Positions 48,246 to 56,028 of a stretch of 64,000 nt of DNA are shown piece after piece. The translations under genes were made by a program, and so were the position numbers. The notes under the pieces are model-generated. The model saw only the letters and a program-made list of their open reading frames with translations. It did no database searches and had not been told where the DNA came from. Source of the stretch: Myxococcota bacterium (lineage in GTDB: Bacteria > Myxococcota_A > UBA9160 > UBA4427); contig OZ252299.1 in assembly GCA_965250285.1 (NCBI GenBank), forward strand, positions 800,001 through 864,000. The letters are read 5' to 3'. The stretch's first letter is position 1, and each line of letters starts with the position of its first letter.

Positions 48246-50053
48246 ACTTTCGATCGCACGCCCGATTGTTGTTGGCACTGCTCGCAACCGCAGCCATGGC
48301 CCCTCCCGCCTGGTCCGGTACGACGACGACGGAGTACACGTACAACGGCGACGGTGCGTTGACGTCGATGACGGTGACGCAAGAGGGCGGAACGCCCGAG
48401 ACGACGTACCTCACGTGGGACAACTTCACGCCGGACGCGAGCAATCCCTCGACCGGAACGCTCAAACAAGGCAATGGCCGGCTGGTCGGGATGGGCCCAC
48501 AGCCGGGGGCCGCGTCGACGTTCGAGTTCGACGTGCGCGATCGTCTGACGTCGCAGGGCGCTGGTGCGACGGCACAGAGCTACGGCTACCACGCGAACAG
48601 TCTGCTCGCGACGTCCGAGCTGGGCGATCAATCGCGGACGTTCTACCAGGGCAGCGGCCAGCATCCGGTGATGCTCAATGTGGTCGAAAGCGGCGACGGC
48701 GAAACGCGTCGCTCCGCGCGGCTTGGGGCAGGGCGCTACCTGTCAGATGGCACCGAGCAGGTGCTGATCGATCCTCGCAAGGACACCGAAGGGGTGTATT
48801 CGCCGGCCGACGGGACGCTGTCGAGTCGCACCTACGATCCGTTCGGCGCCCAGGCCGAAGAGACGCCGGCGACGGAATACGACCTTGCGGACAACCCGTT
48901 CCAGTACGCGGGGGAATACCGCGATCCGGTATGGGGCGGCGTCTACCTGCGAGCCCGCTGGTACGACCCGAACCTGGCGCAGTTCATCTCTAGAGATCCG
49001 ATGCCGCACCTGAACCCGTACGCGTACGGGGGTGGCAACCCGGTGATGCGTGTCGATCCGGGGGGCATGAACTTCATCCACAGCCTCTACAATGATCTCG
49101 ACAAGGGGGTGCAGGGGCATCTGGATCGGCTGTTCCTCGCTCCCTTGATGGGTCCCCTGGCGATCGCGGCCAATCCAGAGGGCTTCTGGAATCAGGTCAA
49201 GCACGACAAGGGCGGGTTCGACGTATTCCTCGCGGCAGGCGTCGCTGTCGAGATCGCATCGGTGGGGGCCGAAGGCTTCGGCCTGTCTGCCACGTGGCGC
49301 AACCTGGGGGTGGGGACCCGCTTCGGTGCGCGCGTCGGGATCGACAGCGGGCTGGCCATTGGTCAGGCGGTCGCCGCGGGGGCCGAGCGGGGCAAGGGGC
49401 ACTTCGACTGGACCAGCTTCGGGAGTACGTTGGAACTGTCGGCCGGCATGCTGGGGCTGAGTCACGGGGTTCTCGGCGTCGGCTACCACCCGTTCGCGTT
49501 GACGGGCGATGATGTCGTCGCGCGCGTCGAGGAAATGACCGACAGCAGCAAGATGCTCGTCTTTCGCGAGCGCACCCAGGGCTACGCGCCCTGGCGCGGC
49601 ATCAACACCAGTCCGCTGGCCGAGTGGATGAACCTCGGGAACTACCATGAGCGCCTGATCGCGGTCAGCAGCGAAGAGTTTCGCTCCAACGAGATCGTGA
49701 CCGATCAGGGGAGCACGGGTTCGAGTGGCACCGGCACCGGCTCGAGCCGCGGCGACGCGCTGGGCGGCATCAAGCGGCGCTACGTCGACTACGCGACCGG
49801 CGACGGCGCGAGCGACCTGGATACGATCCAAGAGGCCTTTGCCGGACGTCGGGGGCGATACCAGTTCGTGGGTGAGATCGACCGAAGCCAACTCAACAGG
49901 TTCGCGTCGAACCCGATGAGCTACCCGAACGAGGCGTTGCTCGACATACCAGAAGCACGCGAACTCAACCCCCGCGCGGCCCAGTACAGCATGCTGAGGA
50001 ACAACTGCCATCACCATGCCGCGGCCGTGCTTCGATTGCTGAGTCTTCAGTAG
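48242..50053 (+). CDS. Secreted short Rhs-core protein 2 with a ~328-aa C-terminal cargo
   Basis: ATGA overlap with the previous gene; signal peptide MNFRSHARLLLALLATAAMAPPAWS; same core through DPGG; C-terminal YH...NNCH. Confidence 0.88.
   Translation: MNFRSHARLLLALLATAAMAPPAWSGTTTTEYTYNGDGALTSMTVTQEGGTPETTYLTWDNFTPDASNPSTGTLKQGNGRLVGMGPQPGAASTFEFDVRDRLTSQGAGATAQSYGYHANSLLATSELGDQSRTFYQGSGQHPVMLNVVESGDGETRRSARLGAGRYLSDGTEQVLIDPRKDTEGVYSPADGTLSSRTYDPFGAQAEETPATEYDLADNPFQYAGEYRDPVWGGVYLRARWYDPNLAQFISRDPMPHLNPYAYGGGNPVMRVDPGGMNFIHSLYNDLDKGVQGHLDRLFLAPLMGPLAIAANPEGFWNQVKHDKGGFDVFLAAGVAVEIASVGAEGFGLSATWRNLGVGTRFGARVGIDSGLAIGQAVAAGAERGKGHFDWTSFGSTLELSAGMLGLSHGVLGVGYHPFALTGDDVVARVEEMTDSSKMLVFRERTQGYAPWRGINTSPLAEWMNLGNYHERLIAVSSEEFRSNEIVTDQGSTGSSGTGTGSSRGDALGGIKRRYVDYATGDGASDLDTIQEAFAGRRGRYQFVGEIDRSQLNRFASNPMSYPNEALLDIPEARELNPRAAQYSMLRNNCHHHAAAVLRLLSLQ
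48303..49070 (+). repeat. 768-bp near-identical direct repeat, copy 2
   Basis: Matches 46516-47283. Confidence 0.95.
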
Positions 50054-50217
50054 GCGATGAGCGCCTCATGCGAGTCCACCCTGCGCTGCGCGCCGGGCCA
50101 GACACTCATCGGAAGAATGACGGCGGTCGAGCTGTACTCCTGCGCGATACCCCGGTCCGCGCATATGCGACCAGACCAAGAGTCACGATCAGATAGAGAA
50201 CAAGTCGAGGAAGCCGA

Positions 50218-53200
50218 ATGAGCAAGTCGCCCCCCCGTACGAACCTCGAGTCTCCGAGTGGATCCGTCGGCGCGTTGGCGCCTTCGATGGGACGAAGGCT
50301 CATGTGTCGGGCCAAGCCGGGCAGACTGGTGGCGACAGCGCTCATCCTCTTCGGATTGGCGGTCGACTCGACGGCCGCACGCGATCACGAAAGCAGACGG
50401 GCTGCGTCGGCCAAATCCTCGCCCGGCAGTGCAACGGAAGCCAAGGGTGGCGCCGCGACCGCCGGCTCGGGGGCGGGCTCATCTTCCGGCTCGAACGCCA
50501 GCAATTTCGGCGGCGGCGCACAGGTCTCGGTCAACCCGCGCACGGGTGCGCTGTCGATCTCGTCGACCCTGTTCCGACTTCCGGGCATCGTTTCGGGGAT
50601 GGACGCGACACTGGCGCTCACGTATCGCAGTGACGACGCACAGAACGATGTCGAGCAGCAGACCAGCTACTTCAGTCTGCCCTACGGCTGGTCTCTGGGG
50701 CTCTCCTACATCTACAACGATGGCCAGAACCTCGAGCTCAGCGTCGATGGCCAGCAAAGCTACGTGATCGATTCGAGCTGGCAGACGAACTTCTTGCCCA
50801 CCGGTTCGACCGAGCCCGTCGCGACGTATACCGGGCTGAAGCAGTACAACCGCACCGATGCCAATTTTCTCACCTTGGCTGATTCGGATCAGGTCAAGAT
50901 CAATGGCGCCACGGCGGTGTACGTTTTCGACACCATAGACGGCAAGCGTCAGTACTTCAGCTCGGGCGGTTTGTTGCTGCGCAAAGAAGATCGGTTCGGC
51001 AACAGCATCGACTATCTCTACAGCAACATGAATGGCTCGCCGACGGACGATGGCCTGACTCTGACGGGCATCACCGACACCTGGGGCAACGAGACCACCA
51101 TCGGCGCTTGCAGCGGCCAGGGGTGCTTTGCCGGGCAGGTCGACGTCGTCTTGCCCGATGGGCGCAAGGTGGGCTGGATCCCCGGTGGCGAAAACCAGAT
51201 TACCTACCTGATCGATACGCAGGGCAAGATCACCCATATCGGCTGGACCGAGAGCACCTGCGCGCAGGGCGGGTACCTCGCCACCAGCATGACCAGCCCC
51301 ACCGGCGGTATGTCCAGCATCGAGTGGTCTTGCCTCGACGTCTGCACCGAGCCCGCTTCGGGCGCTTCGTGCGCGCAAGACGGCAACACCACGACATGGC
51401 CTGTCGTCAGCACCCTGTACCAGTGCCCGAATAACGCGAGCGGCACGGCCTGTCCGGATGGTTCGGCGCAGAAGGACTACGAGACCACGAGCTACGCGTA
51501 CAAGACGAGCGAAAGCGTCAACAACTACACGGGTTTTCCGCTCTATTCGCCGTATGCCCCGGCTGATCCGAATGCAGATGCGCTCATGGCCTCGAACAAC
51601 ACGGGCTTCGTGTACAGCACGATCGTCAGCACGCTGAGTTCGGGCGGAGCCGTCTACAACCAGGAGCAAACCGACTACAACTTCGTCCACGTGAAGCGAG
51701 AGCGCACGATCAGCGTTCGTGCACAGCAATCAGACGGAAGCATGGGGCTCAGCACTTCGAAGGTGGTGAGCTACTGCTATCCGCTGCTGCCCTCGGGCGT
51801 CGCCGATAGCGGCTGCCCAATGACCAGCCCTGAAATCAGCTACCAGCTCTTGCCGGCCAACTACCAGTCGCCGATCGCGATGGGAAGCTGTCAGTACAAC
51901 GTCGGCCCGAAAGCGGATCCGAGTTCTGGGCGACATTCATTGATCACGATGTCGTACGACGGGTTTGGCCACACGCTGAACAAGCGCACGTATCACAGCA
52001 CGGCCAGCAGCGGCGTCGGCAGCTGCGGCAGCCGAACGGCGAATCTCAGCACCAGCGGGATGAACCTGGTCAACGACCAGTACATGGCCTACGACGTCCC
52101 GACGTCGCTGAACGGCGACAAGTATCTCGATCTCGGCCCCGGGAGTGGGACCTACGGCTTGCCGACAGGTCAGCAGTCGTTCATCTACCTGGATCCCGAC
52201 GAGAGCCCGGAGGGCGTCCATGGTGCACTCGCCGACACCGAGGGGCCGACCATGGTGAAACTCCTGTGCAATGCGCTCACCGAGAATAAGGGCGCAGAGA
52301 CCGTCGGGACGAACATCAAGACAAGCACGGTCGGGTTGATGGATACGTCCACCACGGTTCCCACGCCCGGGATCATCTCGGCGTGCTCGGATTCGACGCC
52401 GTGGGTAGCGTCGGTGGCGCCGCCCAAGACCTCGACCCTGAGCTACGACAGCAACGGCCGGAGCCTGGGGAGCACGAGCGGCTGGGCCGCTGGCTATACC
52501 GCTCCGGACGGAGTGAGCGCGACGAAACAGGCGACCAGCTACACCCTGACCCAGGTGGCCGCCGGCGAGGAAAGCTGCGGTGGTACGGACAAGAACGTTC
52601 TCGAGATCACCGCAACGGCGTTCGTCGACCCCTCGAGCACGAACGCGAAGGCAAGCGGCAACGTGGCGCAGACCCATCGCATCTGCACGTTGAACGGTTT
52701 TCATCTCTCGTCGACCCAGCCCTATGATCCGAGCGACGGGGAAAGTGCCGCCACCAGCTACTTCACCCACTTTGCCGACGGACTCGTCGAGAGCACGACC
52801 CACCCCAACGGCACCAGTGTCACGGCGGACTACTACTACGCCTGTCCGACGGCGCAGGATGGCCGATCGCAGACGTGCCCGAATACCTCGACGGCCAAGA
52901 GCGACTGTCCGTACGATCCGACTGATCAGCGCAACTGTGTCGTGCATACGCTGAACGCCGGTGATGACAACACAAGCTACGTGGACGGCGTGGTCTCTGT
53001 CGCGGTCAAGGATGGCCTCGGCCGCGTCGTCGCGAGCCTCGACAACACCGGCGCGGCCGGCAGCGGTGCCGGTTTCACCGAAACCCAGACGCGAAAGACG
53101 TCGCTCTACGACAGCCTCGGCCTGTCGACGTCGCATAGCAGCCAGGTCGGTGTGGAGGATCCGCTCGTCTACACCACCACCGTCGAAGAGTACGGACCGA

Positions 53201-54873
53201 AGCTGCGCCCGAGTCGGGTGTGTGGGCCGCGCGGAGACGCCCACGAGTTCGTCCATGACGACGTTCAGCAGCAGACCAAGACCATCATCAACGGCGCCGA
53301 CAAAGAGTCGTTCACGCTCAATGACAGCCGCAAGCTGACACTCTTGGTCAGTTGCGAGTTGACCGAGGACACCACGGCAGCGGGCAGCGGGAGCTGTCCG
53401 ACGGTGGCAGCCAGCACCGATAGCCCCACCTGCAGCGGCGATGGCTACTACAGCTACACGCTGCACGACGGCAGCGGGGTGCCGCACTCGGTCATGGCGA
53501 GCGCCGGCGATCAGAGCGACGAGCTGGCGTCGATCCAATCGGTTCGAGGTCAGAGCACGATCACCGACGGCAGCGCGACCGTTTCGGCGTTCTCGGCCGA
53601 CTTGCTGCAGTACGGCTACAACTTCACGAGCACTTCGAACCAGACCGGCGAAGCCGTGACCGCCGAGTCGAGCTGGCAACGCAACCTGATTGGAGACAAG
53701 CGCAAGCAGCAGCTGTCGGTCACCGCGGGCTCGGGCACGACCGACGTCGTCTCGGATCTGTTCGAGTACAACGCGTTGGCGGATCCATCGAGTGAACTGA
53801 ACCGCATGAGTACGAATGACGTCACCCTGCAGAAGTCATTCGCCCATACACCAGCGGGTCAACTTCAGACCTACACGAGCTACGCCGGCGTGACTTTCTA
53901 TAACTACTACGACGACATGGAGCGGTTGGTCCGTCACTGTTACCCAGGTGACGAGAGCGGGTCCCAGGGCGAGAACTACACCCGCGACCCGATCACTGGA
54001 AAGGTCTTGAAGCTCGCTCGATTCACGAATCCGGACGACTGCAGCGCAGACACCAGCAAGGACACCGAGGGCGTCTACGAGAGTTACGCGTACAACCGCT
54101 TCGGCGCGATGGAGAGCATGACCTACTCCGATGGAGCCAAGCTCGAGTGGGCTTTCGACCAGTACCAGCGGCCCGTCTGTTTTGCCGACGCGATGGCAAC
54201 GAACGCAGGCCAGGGATGCCCGGCTTCGCCCATCACGACGAGCTTCAGTCCGGCGGCGAGCACGATGCTGATCTACCACCAGTACTACGACGATTCGGAG
54301 CCCTACCGGCGGGGCAAGTTAAAGCGCAGCTGTCGAGGGGTTCCGGATGGCAGCGGCAACTACGTCACGAAGTGTCTGGAGTACGACTACTACACGCCCG
54401 CGAGCACCGGTGGTATGTGCAAGGGGGGCGATGTGGCCACCGACGGTACCTGCACGAATGGCGCCGCGAGCGTGACCGGTGCGTTCGCGGGCATGACTCT
54501 CACCGAGTCGTACTACACCGGAGGAGCGTCGGACGACGGCGGCGTTCTCGTCTACACCACGACCCACACCTACGACGCCCATCGGCGCCCGGCAGCGGTC
54601 GTGACGAAGGGCGCAGATGCGAAGATCATCCTGGCGACGACATACGCTTACGACCAGTACGACAACCTGACGCGTGAAACCCACTTGTCGCAGGTCGATA
54701 CGAGCGCCGCCAGCAACTACCAGGAGACGTATGGCTACGACGGCCTCTTGCGTGTCATCTCGGCGCAGCGTGACGATCTGAGCGGCAATTTGATCCGCTC
54801 GCTGACGTACGAGTACGACGCCGCGTCGAATTTGACCAAGAAGGTCGAGACGACGCCGGATGAGGCCAGATAG
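50218..54873 (+). CDS. Large secreted YD/Rhs-repeat shell protein lacking an Rhs core
   Basis: GAGGA RBS; hydrophobic signal LVATALILFGLAVDSTAA; Rhs/TcB-like N-terminal motif VNPRTG.LS...L.LTY...YGWSLGLSYI; many YD repeats (EDRFGNSIDY, YDGFGH, YDSNGR, YDDMERL, YDQYDNL, YDGLLR, YDAASNL); no DPxG core. Confidence 0.8.
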   Translation: MSKSPPRTNLESPSGSVGALAPSMGRRLMCRAKPGRLVATALILFGLAVDSTAARDHESRRAASAKSSPGSATEAKGGAATAGSGAGSSSGSNASNFGGGAQVSVNPRTGALSISSTLFRLPGIVSGMDATLALTYRSDDAQNDVEQQTSYFSLPYGWSLGLSYIYNDGQNLELSVDGQQSYVIDSSWQTNFLPTGSTEPVATYTGLKQYNRTDANFLTLADSDQVKINGATAVYVFDTIDGKRQYFSSGGLLLRKEDRFGNSIDYLYSNMNGSPTDDGLTLTGITDTWGNETTIGACSGQGCFAGQVDVVLPDGRKVGWIPGGENQITYLIDTQGKITHIGWTESTCAQGGYLATSMTSPTGGMSSIEWSCLDVCTEPASGASCAQDGNTTTWPVVSTLYQCPNNASGTACPDGSAQKDYETTSYAYKTSESVNNYTGFPLYSPYAPADPNADALMASNNTGFVYSTIVSTLSSGGAVYNQEQTDYNFVHVKRERTISVRAQQSDGSMGLSTSKVVSYCYPLLPSGVADSGCPMTSPEISYQLLPANYQSPIAMGSCQYNVGPKADPSSGRHSLITMSYDGFGHTLNKRTYHSTASSGVGSCGSRTANLSTSGMNLVNDQYMAYDVPTSLNGDKYLDLGPGSGTYGLPTGQQSFIYLDPDESPEGVHGALADTEGPTMVKLLCNALTENKGAETVGTNIKTSTVGLMDTSTTVPTPGIISACSDSTPWVASVAPPKTSTLSYDSNGRSLGSTSGWAAGYTAPDGVSATKQATSYTLTQVAAGEESCGGTDKNVLEITATAFVDPSSTNAKASGNVAQTHRICTLNGFHLSSTQPYDPSDGESAATSYFTHFADGLVESTTHPNGTSVTADYYYACPTAQDGRSQTCPNTSTAKSDCPYDPTDQRNCVVHTLNAGDDNTSYVDGVVSVAVKDGLGRVVASLDNTGAAGSGAGFTETQTRKTSLYDSLGLSTSHSSQVGVEDPLVYTTTVEEYGPKLRPSRVCGPRGDAHEFVHDDVQQQTKTIINGADKESFTLNDSRKLTLLVSCELTEDTTAAGSGSCPTVAASTDSPTCSGDGYYSYTLHDGSGVPHSVMASAGDQSDELASIQSVRGQSTITDGSATVSAFSADLLQYGYNFTSTSNQTGEAVTAESSWQRNLIGDKRKQQLSVTAGSGTTDVVSDLFEYNALADPSSELNRMSTNDVTLQKSFAHTPAGQLQTYTSYAGVTFYNYYDDMERLVRHCYPGDESGSQGENYTRDPITGKVLKLARFTNPDDCSADTSKDTEGVYESYAYNRFGAMESMTYSDGAKLEWAFDQYQRPVCFADAMATNAGQGCPASPITTSFSPAASTMLIYHQYYDDSEPYRRGKLKRSCRGVPDGSGNYVTKCLEYDYYTPASTGGMCKGGDVATDGTCTNGAASVTGAFAGMTLTESYYTGGASDDGGVLVYTTTHTYDAHRRPAAVVTKGADAKIILATTYAYDQYDNLTRETHLSQVDTSAASNYQETYGYDGLLRVISAQRDDLSGNLIRSLTYEYDAASNLTKKVETTPDEAR

Positions 54874-55219
54874 TCTCATGCGAGGCCGAGCGAGGTAGGT
54901 CAGGTCCACTCGAGTGTTCGCCGGCAGTGCGGGCACGGGGCAGGATGCGCGAGGAGTGAGGCTGGCGATTCGCGCGGGTCGCTTTCGGCAGATCGGGAAC
55001 TGCGGCAGTTGAACCCTGACCGCGCCGTGGGCCCGTCCGAGCTTGCGGCAGAAAGCACATTATCGTTCTCTGCCTCGCCGAACGGTTGATCCTCGCGAGT
55101 GAGACAATCAAGAGAAGAAACACGAAGCATGGGCAAGGGAACTTTTCGTTTACCTGCCAACATGCGATCGCGTATGCTCGGATGGCGTGGGAGTTCGGAC
55201 ACACGTCTGGAGCGAGCGA

Positions 55220-55957
55220 ATGTCGTTTCTTCGTCTTGCCGTGGGTTGCCTCCTCATCGGCGCTGCGCCCGCTGCCACCGCCGCGCCCTTCCAGAACCTC
55301 GACTTCGAGCAGGCCGACCCCGAGCGCTATCTCGCCGAGGGGTACGCCGCCGATGCGTTGCTGCCCGGATGGACGGTGGGCGGGGTATCCAATGAAACAG
55401 ACTTGTACGACGTCGGTGCGCCGCTTGGGCCGAGCTACGACGTGAGCTGCCTGGGGTCGCGCTGCGTCTCCGTCCACGATGGGGAGGGCCCCTACGGATC
55501 GTACCTGCCGATCGCAGGCGATTTCTCTCTGTTGATCCAGGGCGGTACGTTCTTGAGCGGCCGCATCTGGGTGGAGCAGATCGGGGAGATCCCCGCTGAC
55601 GCCCGCGCGATTGAATTCCTCGCCGTCGAGTCCCGGTACAACGGTGACCTGATCGACTTGAGGATCACGGTCGACGGCCAGGACCTGCCGGTCTACTGGG
55701 GCGAGGGTGTCGAGGAAAGCGGGTTGAGGTCCAGCGGCTTGCCGTTCTCGAGGCAGATCGTGCCTCTGTGGGCCGACATCGCCGCCTTTGCCGGGCAGGA
55801 GGTCGCGCTGCAGATCGGTGTGGAGGCGCGTCCGTTCGCCGAGACCGACGTGCTCATCGATGAGGTGCGGTTCACGCTGGTGCCCGAGCCCGGCACGGGC
55901 CTCCTGGTCGGGGCGGGCGCCTGGGTGCTGGGGGCGGGGCGTCGGAGGCGGGCATGA
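55220..55957 (+). CDS. PEP-CTERM surface protein
   Basis: Signal peptide then FQNLDFE..LPGW; C-terminus LVPEPGTGLLVGAGAWVLGAGRRRRA. Confidence 0.8.
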   Translation: MSFLRLAVGCLLIGAAPAATAAPFQNLDFEQADPERYLAEGYAADALLPGWTVGGVSNETDLYDVGAPLGPSYDVSCLGSRCVSVHDGEGPYGSYLPIAGDFSLLIQGGTFLSGRIWVEQIGEIPADARAIEFLAVESRYNGDLIDLRITVDGQDLPVYWGEGVEESGLRSSGLPFSRQIVPLWADIAAFAGQEVALQIGVEARPFAETDVLIDEVRFTLVPEPGTGLLVGAGAWVLGAGRRRRA

Positions 55958-56028
55958 CGACGGTTCGGGCGGTGCGGGCCGAGGACGCGCATGACGTCGG
56001 CGGATCGGTCGTCTGATACTCTGACAGC

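Noticed and set aside
46516..49070. 768-bp repeat as a DGR TR/VR pair or IS/LTR ends
   Set aside because: The differences are few, synonymous and not adenine-specific; both copies are coding; no RT or transposase is present.
50106..50345. 79-aa minus-strand ORF as an immunity protein
   Set aside because: Wrong strand, overlaps the shell gene start, and has no recognisable features.
42796..54873. T6SS, eCIS or canonical Tc (ABC) toxin locus
   Set aside because: No VgrG, PAAR, Hcp, sheath or TcA-like gene was recognised, and all members carry Sec-type signal peptides.
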